A DNA stretch of 64,000 bases, taken from positions 23,562,001-23,626,000 of the forward strand of contig NC_086109.1 of the NCBI RefSeq assembly GCF_963921235.1, in the 5' to 3' direction. The position numbers were made by a program, and so were the translations under genes. Of this stretch, positions 11,651 through 23,829 are shown piece by piece. Source of the stretch: Mobula hypostoma. Taxonomy: Eukaryota. The notes below the pieces were generated by a model. The model saw only the letters and a list, made by a program, of their open reading frames with translations. It made no database searches and was not told the origin of the DNA. Positions within the stretch are counted from its first letter, which is position 1; every line of letters begins with the position of its first letter.

Positions 11651-13700
11651 CTGTGGGTTAACTGATTACATCAACTTCTGTGTGGACTGCAATGTTCCGA
11701 CAAGAACTGTCCTTTGTTATTCAAATAACAAGCCATGGGTGACAAAGGACATTCAGGACATCCTGAACGCTAAAAAGAGGGCGTTTAGAGATGGAAATAG
11801 GGAGGAGCTGAGGGCAATACAGAGTGACCTGAAAGCCAGGATCAGGGAGGCTAAAGACAGGTACAGGAGGAAGCGTGAGTGGAAACTCCAGCAGAACAAC
11901 ATGAGAAAGGTCTGGAGGGGGATGAGGACCATCACTGGGTTCCGGCAAACTAGCAACAGAGGAGCTGAAGGCAGTGTGGAGGGGACCAATGAACTTAACC
12001 TGTTCTTTAACAGATTTGACATTGTGGCCCCTGCCCATCCCCCACATGAGCCATCTGTTGTCGGCCCCCAACCAACACATATTCCACTCTCCTCTCCTAC
12101 CCCTTCTCACAGTCCCCCACCCTGCTCTTCCCCACACAAAACCACCATGGTGGGCTTCAAAGCTGAACAGTTGAGAAGACAGCTGAAACGTCTCAACCCA
12201 AGCAAGGCTGCAGGACCAGATGGTGTCAGTACCAGGGTGCTCAAAGCCTGTGCCCTTCAGCTATGTGGAGTACTTCGCCATGTATTCAACCTGAGCCTGA
12301 GGCTCCAGAGTGTTCCTGTACTGTGGAAGATGTCCTGCCTCGTCCCTGTGCCGAAGACGCCGCGCCCCAGCGGCCTCAATGACTACAGACCGGTGGCATT
12401 GACCTCCCAAATCATGAAGACCCTAGAGAGACTTGTTTTGGAGCTGCTCCGGCCTATGGTCAGGCCACATTTAGATCCCCTCCTGTTCGCCTACCAGCCC
12501 CGACTAGGAGTTGAGGATGTCACTGTCTACCTGCCACCTGGACGAGCCAGCGAGCATTGTGAGGGTCATGTTTTTTGACTTCTCCAGTGCATTCAACACC
12601 ATCCGCCCTGCTCTGCTGGGGGAGAAGCTGACAGCGATGCAGGTGGATGCTTCCCTGGTATCATGGATTCTTGATTACCTGACTGGCAGACCACAGTACG
12701 TGTGCTTGCAACACTGTGTGTCTGACAGAGTGATCAGCAGCACTGGGGCTCCACAGGGGACTGTCTTGTCTCCCTTTCTCTTCACCATTTACACCTCGGA
12801 CTTCAACTACTGCACAGAATCTTGTCATCTTCAGAAGTTTTCGGATGACTCTGCCATAGTTGGATGCATCAGCAAGGGAGATGAGGCTGAGTACAGGGCT
12901 ACAGTAGGAAACTTTGTCACATGGTGTGAGCAGAATTATCTGCAGCTTAATGTGAAAAAGACTAAGGAGCTGGTGGTAGACCTGAGGAGAGCTAAGGCAC
13001 CGGTGACCCCTGTTTCCATCCAGGGGGTCAGTGTGGACATGGTGGAGGATTACAAATACCTGGGGATACGAATTGACAATAAACTGGACTGGTCAAAGAA
13101 CACTGAGGCTGTCTACAAGAAGAGTCAGAGCCATCTCTATTTCCTGAGGAGACTGAGGTCCTTTAACATCTGCCGGATGATGCTGAGGATGTTCTACGAG
13201 TCTGTGGTGGCCAGTGCTATCATGTTTGCTGCTGCGTGCTGGGGCAGCAGGCTGAGGGTAGCAGACACCAACAGAATCAACAAACTCATTCGTAAGGCCA
13301 GTGATATTGTGGGGATGGAACTGGACTCTCTCACGGTGTTGTCTGAAAAGAGGATGCTGTCTAAGTTGCATGCCATCTTGGACAATGTCTCCCATCCACT
13401 ACATAATGTACTGGGTGGGCATAGGAGTACATTCAGCCAGAGACTCATTCCACCGAGATGCAGCACAGAGCGTCATAGGAAGTCATTCCTGCCTGTGGCC
13501 ATCAAACTTTACAACTCCTCCCTTGGAGGGTCAGACACCCTGAGCCAATAGGCTGGTCCTGGATTTATTTCATAATTTACTGGCATAATTTACATATTAC
13601 TATTTAACTATTTATGTTTCTATTACTATTTATTATTTATGGTGCAACTGTAACAAAAACCAATTTCCCCCGGGATCAATAAAGTATGACTATGACTATG
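11651..13700 (+). mobile_element. Young Rex1/Babar LINE, 5'-truncated; RT split by one 17-nt deletion
   Basis: ORFs 11682-12578 (NNKPWVT, KAAGPDGV, DYRPVALTS) and 12511-13551 (FFDFSSAFNTI, GAPQGTVLSP, KFSDDSAIVG). AATAAA then (TATGAC)n tail. Confidence 0.96.
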
Positions 13701-14027
13701 GCCAGGTGGATGGTAAAGTTGGCCTTTCTGTATTTAATGCCTGTCTGGAGTAGACAAATATCAGAGTTGTATTGTACATGCATACTTTGACAGTATAATA
13801 AACCTTTGAAGCTGGTTTGGATCAAAGTGATTTTTGCCAGTTATGTGTGATCTTACACTCTGTGAGTATGCTTTTGGGCTGGGTGACTTGCTTAACTGTA
13901 TGTAAGAGATTTTTAGCCAATGGACTTGTCCTTTCTTTAATTATTTTTTCACTTTTGTTCTTTTCCTGTAATATTTCGTTTCTCAACATTTCCTGCGCTG
14001 GGTCGACCTGTGTAACCACAGAACTGA

Positions 14028-14130
14028 AGGGTCCTGCCGAAGGGTTTCGGCCCAAAATGTCAACTGTACTTTTTTCCATAGATACTGCCTGGCCTGCTGA
14101 GCTCCTCCAGCATTTTGTGTGTGTTGCACA
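14028..14130 (+). mobile_element. Penelope-derived terminal repeat fragment with decayed minimal hammerhead
   Basis: gtcctgccgaagggtttcggcccaaaatgtcaactg followed by ccatagatactgcctggcctgctgagctcctccagcattttgtgtgt, a unit repeated many times in the window. Confidence 0.75.
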
Positions 14131-14389
14131 GTCATTTCCATTCGGATTCACAAAAAAGGGCACTGTCAATGATGATCACATCTCCCACAGCTTATTGACT
14201 TGAGCGAGAAGGGTAATTTCTAATTTTCTTTTATGATGATCTTGATACACAAGTTAAATTGGGAAAATGTGAGGCAGCTGTATTATTGTGGCCAATCCAG
14301 TCCACTTAAGCTGAAAATAAAAATAAGTTCAAGCCAGCTTTTCTTTTTCCTGGTTTCTTATTGAAATGTATCTGCATTTTTAATTTAAT

Positions 14390-14700
14390 GCAGCTCTTTC
14401 TTCTCTCTCTCTTTTCCTGCTTTTTTTTTTAAATTGCTTTTTTTTTGCCATCATAAGCTGGAGGGTAACAGTTTCATCAAAGCTGCTGACAAAATAGTGT
14501 GAGACAGGTTATAATTAAACCCACTCGTAGCGGCCATTACACCACCAGTACATTAGTCACAAGCTGACATGCGGCATGTCAGGCCTTCATTCAGCCCGTT
14601 AATAAGCATCATTAGCATGTTTCCCGAAGCCTGATGTTAGGTATATATTCATTTTAAAATCACAGACTTCCATCTGTGATCCAAAATAGACGTCACCTTT
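14390..14700. promoter_or_regulatory. Candidate conserved non-coding element
   Basis: Repeat-free. TAATTA, TTAAT and CATTA sites, a perfect 9-bp inverted repeat and an upstream polypyrimidine tract. Confidence 0.5.
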
Positions 14701-14999
14701 TGGAGCTTGCCCTGTTTTAGCTGAAGCCCTGAATACCTGAGGCATTGCTAACTGCTACTTCTTTTTATATAATTCATGTTTTCCAAGAGGCAGCTGAATT
14801 TTCAAAGCACTGTTTTCTCAGTTTTTTAAAGGTAGCGGGGAAGTAAGCATGTCATCTGCCTTGGCCGATACGCTGTTGACATTCTCATTCATGCTACCGG
14901 CTCTGTCATTTGATTAAATTCAGTGCTGCTTTGCACCGAGTCCCAGTCACTAACTAGCCCTGAACAGATTAACCAAAGGCCACAACAGCACAAATACAT

Positions 15000-15870
15000 G
15001 AAAGGTAGTAGCAGAGATCATTCAGCCCCTCACACCATTCAATAAAATCATGGTGGATCTTTTAACCTCAGTGCCACTCTCTTGAACTATCCCAATGTCC
15101 CTTGAATCTCTTAATAGCCAAGCCTCAAAATAGTTCAAGTCTTGAATGTCCAAACCTGCACAGCCTCTTGGGTATAGAGTTGCAAAGATTGTCTCCCATC
15201 TTCATGCAGAAGTATTTCTTACCTCAGTTCCATTAAGCTAAGCCATTATTTTGAGATTCTTATCTTTGATTCTTATTTCTATACTTTGTTTTCTGCCTGT
15301 AACACTCTCCTTAATCATGTCAGTGTACGTTCCCATTCTAATATATTCATACAGCACAGAAACAGTCCTTTTGCCTAACCATTCCGTGCCGTTCACTTGG
15401 TACTGATTATCTATGCTAATCCCACTTGGCTCACATTCCTTTAAGCCTTTCCCATCCTTAGAACAAAAGAATTGGACCAAATGTTTTTAAAATGTAATTG
15501 TACCTGCCTCTACCACCTCATCTGGTGGTTTGTTCAACAAACCATCAATTTCTGTAAAAAATTTGCCCCTCAGATTCCCTTTAAATCTTCCCCCTCTCAC
15601 CTTCAATCTATTTCCTTTAGTTTTAGAATTCCCGTACCCTGGGAAAAAGACTGATGAGAAAACCTGTCTATTCCCCTCATGATTTTATAGACTTCTATAA
15701 GGTAACTTCTCAGATTCCTCTGCTGCAGAGAAAATAGTCCAAGCTTATCCAGTCTCTTCCTCTAATTTAAGCCTTCCAGTACTGAATCTTTTCTGCACCT
15801 AGTTTAATCTATCCTTCTTAGGACATGATGACCAGAGCCACACACATTTCTCCATGTGCTCTAATTTATG
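15000..15870 (-). mobile_element. Two decayed CR1 3' fragments
   Basis: CR1 3'-end signatures (cattcagcccctc..., ccctcatgattttatagacttctataagg). Confidence 0.7.
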
Positions 15871-15898
15871 ACAATAATCTTTGTATAGCACCTAATTA

Positions 15899-16470
15899 GT
15901 TCCTTAAGGGGGGAGGATAGTTAGTGGGGATAAGCTCCCACTACCTATTAAATGCTCCCAAATGCATGTGTCTCAAATAGTCTCTGACATCTAAGTCCAG
16001 CTCTTGGACTTCATGTGTCGCTTAGCTATTAAGTCTGACGGAGCTGTTTCTACAGACGGAAGAAGGAGCAACGTAAGGTTACTGGTACCTAAAAAACAGT
16101 TGCTCTGGGCAGATGGGGCTCGTTAACAGTGGTTAGCAGCTCATCCAGGAGAAGGAAAACTCTGATTGTAAACCTCCGCTGCCTAGCAGCTACACCCACT
16201 CATGAAGAAGACCACGGGAGTAAACCTCGAGGAAAAATCAAGTGCTGGAGTCCCTAAGTTAGTCTTATGTTGAGTCCAATGCTGACAAGTGACTCCTGCG
16301 TCTCTGCTGGTGCTAAACTGTATTGGTCTGCGCCGTTCCTTTGGATTCATCAGTGGCGTGGAGAGAGGTGAGCCCACTGTACACGCAAAGCTTACTCTCC
16401 AAGTACTGGCCTAGCTTGCATATGACGGCTAGGGAGCTACATCTATGGTCCACTCCAATGGAAGGCCTCA
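15899..16470 (+). mobile_element. Non-autonomous RTE-derived element, copy 2
   Basis: Same 5' end (gttccttaagg...gggataagctcccactac) and 3' end (aggcctca) as 10181-10765. Confidence 0.7.
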
Positions 16471-16486
16471 GTGGTATCTCATCAAA

Positions 16487-16730
16487 GGCTGCCTGTAAGG
16501 AGTTTGCATATTCCTCCTGTGAGTGCATGGGTTTCCTCTGGGTGCTCCTGTTTCCTCCCACAGTCCAAAGACGTACTGTGAGGGCTAGAGAGTTGTGGGT
16601 ATGCTTTGTTGGTGCCAGAAGCATGATGACACTGTGGGCTGCCCCCAGTCACAATCCTCGGACTGTGTTGGTCATCGACACAAAACAATGCATGTTTCGA
16701 TGTTTCAATGTACATGTGACAAATAAACAT
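16487..16730 (+). mobile_element. V-SINE-type SINE, 5'-truncated
   Basis: V-domain-like core gggtttcctctgggtgctcctgtttcctcccacagtccaaagacgtac plus the shared tail. Confidence 0.8.
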
Positions 16731-16789
16731 TTCGGCTTAATCAACGTATTTAGCCTTTGACCTCTGTAATAAGGAGAACCTGCTACTAA

Positions 16790-17612
16790 GTTCAAGTTAA
16801 ATTATCATTTTAACCATACATGAATACTCATGAGTACAGCCAAATGAAATAGTGTTCCCTGGAGCCAAGGTGCAAAACACAATACCAACAGTCATACACA
16901 GCACAAGGCATGTATAGCATATATAAGATAACAGTAAACATACATTCACACAAAATAAGTATGCAGCCCAAGTCCCTGAGTGACATGCCCTGTAAATTGA
17001 TGGTGCTTGGGTGTTGCTGGCAAGAAGAAGCAGTTCATAGCAGTCCACAAATGATAATACACATGCATGCAAGTAATCCAGCTTGTTTTCCACCGAGTGA
17101 ACACTGGAGAGCAGCACCAACAGGAGGAGCGAGCTCCCAATCCAGCATGGACACAGCGTCACACTGCCTCTGGCATCTCCTGTCCTGGAATACTGCAACA
17201 GGCAAGCCCATGGCATGAGGCCTAGACTTTGCGACAACTGAGGCAAATGCAGCTCCCCCGCAGTCGATCTCGCCAATAAACAAGTGACTTGCAGTATTTT
17301 ACATTACCAGTGTCCAACAGGGTCTTGCGATCACAATAAAAATGTCCAAGACAATCATTTGCTGTTAGATTGTCTTCACACACCATCTGATACCTTTCCG
17401 GAGCAGCGACAACATGGTTCACACCAGTCCATTCCTTCGGCTCCTCTGCGAACAGGCAGCTCACTGATGGGGTAGAGCCGCAGTACTTGAAGTTCTTAAT
17501 CTCCAGTATAGCCTTCTGATTGTGGAAAAAAAACATCGAGAAAAGACAAGAAAATCTTTGTTTGGCCTCAGATAGGCCGCTGCATCCAAGCGTCCTGCCA
17601 TCTTACCGGAAT
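16790..17612 (-). mobile_element. Internally deleted (bipartite) Rex/L2-type LINE derivative
   Basis: 5' end ttccggtaagatggc, remnant of the endonuclease start (LLSSVHSVENKLDYL, cf. LLANVRSLENKLDEL), then directly a 3' UTR/tail. Confidence 0.65.
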
Positions 17613-17959
17613 AATGTCACAACCATGCAGCTCCCTTCTACAGCTAAGATCCCAGGAGAATCGAATCTTCACTAGAATGCAGTTTGATTGGAAAAGCTAC
17701 CGGATGGTTTTATTCAGTTCTGGCAAAAGGACCCAGTCATCCTCTTGCCCTCACAGATCCTGCCTCACCTGCTGAGTGTTTGCTTTATCCTGAAGCATTA
17801 ACTGTTTTTTTTCTGTTTTCTTAGATGCTGTGTGACCAGTGGAATTATTTCAGCATTTTCTGTTTAATTTCTGATTTGTAGCATCTGCAGTTTTCTTCTT
17901 GACTTCTCAGCCATGTTGCTTGTTTATTTCTTGTCTCAGAAGTGGAAAGTTGCGAGTGG

Positions 17960-18120
17960 AATTTCTAGTCCAGTGACTCAGGCCTTTGACCTAATATGGC
18001 ATTCTAACATTACTCGGAGGGACTGCCACACTTCTATCTCTCAGAGGGACATTAAACCACACTCGAGTCTGCCCTCTCAGAAGAGATCAAAGATTCCAAA
18101 ACACTGTTCGCAGAACTGTC
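17960..18120 (+). mobile_element. Decayed Deu-domain SINE fragment
   Basis: gacattaaaccacactcgagtctgccctctcagaagagatcaaagattcc resembles the Deu-SINE core. Confidence 0.5.
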
Positions 18121-18764
18121 AAAATTTCAAGATCTATTTTATTTTTTGAACTTAAATATAATATCAGACCTGAAGAAATGGAGTCAAAGGATTACTGAAA
18201 TTCTAGAAAGTGACAGCTAAATAAAAAATAAACTTACTTTGTCAATTACTTAAAATTGTTCTCAGATGTGTTAAGTTTACCTGAACACCCTTGCCTATTC
18301 AACTCTAGCAGAAAATGCACAGTTGTTTTAACAGAAGGTAGCAAATTATTCATTTTCCTGTGGAAAAGAAACCAATTAGTTTCCTTTGAGTAATTTCAGC
18401 AATTACCTGGAATCTAAACAGTCCACTTTATTCCTTCATTGTAATTTCCAAAGTCCCAGTGCTCAAGTTTTGAGATTCCATTCTTGGAAATTGCAGTGCA
18501 CTTCAATATATTTCTTATTTAGTGTACTTTTTATTGACTTGAATACCTCAGGATTGTTCAATGCTTCATTCTTGGAAACTTGCCTCAAAATCTTGTCTTT
18601 TTTTTAAGCTGAGGTAAATATGTTTGATATATAACAGGAGAATGGGGAAATGGAGGTGCAGTGGGATGGGAAAGGTGGTGGGGTTGTTGGGCAGAAAAAA
18701 AATGTAAGCTTGTGAAATGTGGAGTGGGAGAGTAGAGAGTTTTATGGTGAATAAGCAATCACTA

Positions 18765-19330
18765 AAAATACAATCTGCTGGAGGACCTCAGCAGGTCAGA
18801 CTGCATTTATGGATGGAAATAGACAGTCAATGTTTGGTTGAGACCCTCCACTTAGAGGGGCTCAACTTCATATGTTGATTCTCTTTTTCCTTGGCCTCCA
18901 TGATTGCATACCATTTCAGCTCCTCTTCTCATTCCCTCACTGACCTGTCAGTCCTCAGCCTTCTCCAGTGCCAGGGTGAAGCGAAACACAAACCGGAAGA
19001 ACCATACCTCATATTCTATGTGGGAAGCCTGCATCCCAGTGGTATGAATATTGAGTTTCCAACCCACATTTCCTGTCCTCCCTTCTCTGTCCTTCTGCTC
19101 TCCATCTACACCTGCAACCCTCACAACCCCAACACCATATTCCCATTCCCCAATTGGCACCATCTGCCCATAATCCCTCCATTATCTCATTCCACATCAG
19201 AGTCTGCACCTATGGCCTCATATTTTCATTCACTACCTCCCAGACTCCGGCTCTGCTTCCACCCTCGTTCTCTCTATCTCTCATGCCTCTCCTCCAGTGG
19301 TCTGCAGCGACTTTCTGACCTTCACTCCAA
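18765..19330 (+). mobile_element. Penelope-like element remnant (GIY-YIG endonuclease C-terminus) preceded by an inverted terminal-repeat piece
   Basis: ORF 18891 contains HFSSSSHSLTDLSV...EEPYLIFYVGSLHPSGMNIEF, the PLE C-terminal motif. Confidence 0.8.
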
Positions 19331-20193
19331 ATCTTTGATTCCACCTCTCTTGGCAGTTGCTTCAATGTTGAAACAAATGTGCAGAGGTGAAGGGTCTGGA
19401 GGTAAATGTGTGTAATAACTGATAGAAGGTTAATGGGGATCTGTGACTTACTGCATGAAGGAGTAGTGGATTCGTGAAGCCCTCCTCACATTTACAAGAT
19501 TCTTCCTCTTGGACCCCACTTGATTTCAACGCTGACCGGTTTCCAGCCCAGTTCTGTGGACTCTAAGATAACGGATTGGACTTGCACATTATCACGAAGT
19601 GCCCTGGGGGATGAGCTGTTGAATAGTTCAGGAGGCGCCACACACCTTCTCCTAGTCATCCTGGGCTTCTCTGTGCACTCGACAAAGAGGCATAAAGGCT
19701 CTTGGTGCCGTCTTGAATTCAGCTCAGCCATTTTCTGTGATCAGGGACCCTGAAGACTAAGGAGATTTGCAACTTTTTGAAAACATTCATGAATATAATT
19801 TCTTCCATGACAGAACTCTGAATAGAGTATCTGTTTTGGTCGTCTAGTGTCATGAACATGATTGACATAGATAGAGAAACAATGTGCATAATCATCTTTG
19901 CATAACAACGCCAAGAGAAAGTGCCAGCCATTACAAGTGTGTATCTTTGTCTTCCTAAATGCTCCATCAATCAGAAAGGACAGAATTTTGTCTCCAGTTA
20001 CAAAACACCCAGATAGCAACAGAGTGCGAGTACTGCTGAATGAGACAGGCCTGAACATCTAAATTTTGGTCAGTGAGGATATGATGTGCTTTATGGCCTT
20101 CTTTTGTTTCCTAAATTTCTGTGTTTTTTCTGAATATGATCATCCAGAATTATCAAGTTTATGGCATAATTTGGCCCTCTAATTGAATCCTGT

Positions 20194-21638
20194 ATAGTCA
20201 TAGTCATAGTCATACTTTATTAATTAATCCTGGGGGGAAATTGGTTTTCGTTACAGTTGCTCCATAAATAATAAATAGTAATAGAACCATAAATAGTTAA
20301 ATAGTAATGTGTAAATTATGCCAGGAAATAAGTTCAGGACCAGCCTATTGGCTCAGGGTGTCTGACCCTCCAAGGGAGGAGTTGTAAAGTTTGATGGCCA
20401 CAGGCAGGAATGACTTCCTATGACGCTCTGTGCTGCATCTCGGAGGAATGAGCCTCTGGCTGAATGTAATCCTGTGCCCACCCAGTACATTATGTAGTGG
20501 ATGGGAGACATTGACCAAGATGGCATGCAACTTAGACAGCATCCTCTTTTCGGACACCACCGTGAGAGAGTCCAGTTCCATCCCCACAATATCACTGGCC
20601 TTACGAATGAGATTGTTGATTCTGTTGGTGTCTGCCACCCTCAGCCTGCTGCCCTAGCACACAACAGCAAACATGATAGCACTGGCCACCACAGACTCGT
20701 AGAACATCCTCAGCATCGTCCGGCAGATGTTAAAGGACCTCAGTCTCCTCAGGAAATAGAGACAGCTCTGACCCTTCTTGTAGACAGCCTCAGTGTTCTT
20801 TGACCAGTCCAGTTTGTTGTCAATTCGTATCCCCAGGTATTTGTAATCCTCCACCATGTCCACACTGACCCCCTGGATAGAAACAGCGATCACCGGTACC
20901 TTAGCTCTCCTCAGGTCTACCACCAGCTCTTAGGTCTTTTTCACATTTAGCTGCAGATAATTCTGCTCACACCATGTGACAGAGTTTCCTACCGTAGCCC
21001 TGTACTCAGTCTCATCTCCCTTGCATCCAACTATGGCAGAGTCATCAGAAAACTCCTGAAGATGACAAGACTCTGTGCAGTAGTTGAAGTCCGAGGTGTA
21101 AATGGTGAAGAGAAAGGGAGACAAGACAGTCCCCTGTGGAGCTCCAGTGCTGCTGATCGCTCTGTCGGACCCACAGTGTTGCAAGCACACGTACTGTGGT
21201 CTACCAGTCAGGTAATCAAGAAACTATGATACCAGGGAAGCATCCACCTGCATCGCTGTCAGCTTCTCCCCCAGCAGAGCAGGGCGGATGGTGTTGAATG
21301 CACTGGAGAAGTCAAAAAACATGACCCTCACAGTGCTCGCTGGCTTGTCCAGGTGGGCGTAGACACGGTTCAGCAGGAAGACGATGGCATCCTCAACTCC
21401 TAGTCGGGGCTGGTAGGCGAACTGGAGGGGATCTAAGTGTGGCCTGACCATAGGCCGGAGCAGCTCCAGAACAAGTCTCTCTAGGGTCTTAATGATGTGG
21501 GAGGTCAATGCCACCGGTCTGTAGTCATTGAGGCCACTGGGGCGTGGCGTCTTCGACACAGGGACGAGGCAGGATGTCTTCCACAGCACAGGAACACTCT
21601 GGAGCCTCAGGCTCAGGTTGAGTACATGGCGAAGTACT
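20194..21638 (-). mobile_element. Young Rex1/Babar LINE, copy 2 (5'-truncated, three in-frame stops)
   Basis: ORFs 21224-21589, 20930-21190, 20654-20923 and 20345-20638 are nearly identical to copy 1. Tail reads (tagtca)n on the + strand. Confidence 0.96.
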
Positions 21639-21659
21639 GCAGTTAATCTTTAAGAGCTC

Positions 21660-22067
21660 CATCATGGCACTCCGCGCCCCAGCATCAAGGACAACTTGAA
21701 AAGATGATGCCTCAAAAAGGCAGCATCCATCATTAAGGACCCGCATCACACAGGACCAACCTTCTTCTCATTGCTACCATCAGGGAAGAGGTACAGGGGC
21801 CTGAAGACACACACTCAATGTTTTAGGAACAGCACAGCATCTTCCCCTCTGCCATCAGGTTTCTGAATGGCCAATGAACCCTTGAACACTACCTCACTAT
21901 TTTTGCTCTCTCTTTTTGCATTATTTATTTAAATATATATATATCTCTCTCTTATTGTAATTTATAATATTTTTATGTATTGCTTGGTACTGCTGCTGCA
22001 CAACAACAAACTTCACGACATACCCCAGTGATATTAAACCTGATTCTGATTCTAATTCTGATTCTGA
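21660..22067 (+). mobile_element. Older Rex-like LINE 3' fragment
   Basis: CLKKAASIIKDPHH..F..LPSG..Y motif region with an (attctg)n tail. Confidence 0.8.
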
Positions 22068-22599
22068 AGAGCAAGTTGTTATTTTCCCCCTTCACAAAAC
22101 TTCCATGAAAGCTTTGACAGTCAGCAAAGCCCTACCCCCTGGCTTTGCTGACTGTTAAATCAGTGGGGGTAATTTAATATTTATATGTCTTTGACATTCA
22201 GAGACATTTAAAAACTATTAACAGTGAAATAAATAATTAAAAGTTTAGAATTATTACAATCTTTTAAAAAATAGTTAACTAAAACCAGCTACAATACATA
22301 AATAATTAAACGATAATTTCAGCTCCTTTTGGAGGGGTGTGTGTGGGAGATCATGTAAGCAGTGCAGTAATCCTATGTTGTGTATATTTTGTTCTTTCTT
22401 TTTGTTCAAAGTTCAAAGTTCAAAGTCAGCTTTAGTATCTAAGTAAATATATGTCACCATATTCAATCTTGAGATTCATTTTCTTGTGGGCATACTCAAT
22501 AAATCTACAGACTATAACCATAACAGAATCAATAGAAGACAGCCCAGCTAGGGCAGTATTCTGCTTTGTCGTTGTAGAGTTTTCATGGAAAGCAATCAT

Positions 22600-22945
22600 A
22601 TAGTCATAGAACACTACAGCACAGAAATAGGCCCATCTAGTCCATGCCAGACTATTTTTCTGCTTAGTCCCATTGACCTGCACCCAGACGGTCGCCCTCC
22701 ATTCCACTCCCAGCCATGTACCAATCCAAAATTCTCTTCAATGTTAAAATCAAACCCACATCCATCACTTCCACTAGCAGCTCATTCCACACTCTCACCA
22801 CCCTCTGAGTGAAGAAGTTCCCCCGCATGTTCCCCTTAAATATTTCATCCTTCAGCCCTAACCCAAGAACCCTAGTTCTAGTCTCACCCAATCTCCGTGG
22901 GAAAAGCCTATTTGCACTTACCTTATCTACACCACTCATATACCG
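22600..22945 (-). mobile_element. CR1 3' fragment
   Basis: ORF 22664-23164 includes GVDKVSANRLFP...RGNFFTQRVVRVWNEL. Confidence 0.85.
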
Positions 22946-23055
22946 AACGATCTCTGGAATGTGATTCCAATCTGTACGGACATGTGAGTCGTCCAACTGG
23001 CTAATGTTCTCTGGGATTAGTGACCAGAGACCTCCTAATAAAACAGACCCTACAT

Positions 23056-23135
23056 CAGGGATTCCCATCTGGGGTCTATGGACCCCCTGCTTAATGGTAT
23101 TGGTCCATGGCATAAAAGTTAGATTGGAACCCCTG
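23056..23135. mobile_element. 80-bp hAT-type MITE
   Basis: Imperfect TIRs cagggattccca / ttggaacccctg with an internal palindrome. Confidence 0.65.
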
Positions 23136-23829
23136 CCCCAAAGTAACCAAATCAAATAAATCACTATGCTTAGGGAAAGATGGGCCGTGGCTTTGCTCTA
23201 CTCCTGTCTGACTGGGAGATGTTTATAGTCCCTCACATATTTAGTGAAGTGTTGCCAACTACATTAATGATAGACATGATTTTTGCTTCTGTCATTTTGG
23301 TCATCGAAGATGAAACCTGCTTGGGTTTGAGCAATGTGTAGGAAGTGTGGAATATTTCATCTCATAAATAACTGATTCATCCTTTTAATGAGATCCTTAT
23401 GTGACTTTTCTCCAGTGAGCTGAGTCATTTGAATCATTGTATTTTAGGGATGGTGATGTGCTTTGCATTTGAAGTTTCTCTGACTGTTGCTGAATGCATA
23501 ACTTAATTCATGAGATGTTTTGTTATGGAAAGCCAAGATAACAAATTTTATATTTCTTGAAATAATTTCAAAAACAGCAACTCTGTGGGTTGGAAAGTCC
23601 TTGGTCTAAATCCTGCAACTCCCTCCTCAACATTTCCGATAAGCAGCTCAACAACATCTTCTCAAGGGCAATTGAGAGAAGTAATAGACACTGGCCTTGC
23701 CAGATCTAAGTAAAAATGTCTCTTTGTATAAGATGAAGAGTTTCAATGAACATTATGATATTCCAACCAATACTCACGGATGTTTCACCTTAATCAAATT
23801 TAATTCTTCAGAATGTGTGCAGGAGGGAG

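Noticed and set aside
13093..13466. Antisense ORFs over the Rex1 copies (also 20430-20803)
   Set aside because: They are shadow ORFs of the RT coding strand, duplicated only because the element is duplicated.
14564..14582. p53 response element
   Set aside because: The two CATG cores are 3 nt apart rather than 6 and the flanks do not fit RRRCWWGYYY.
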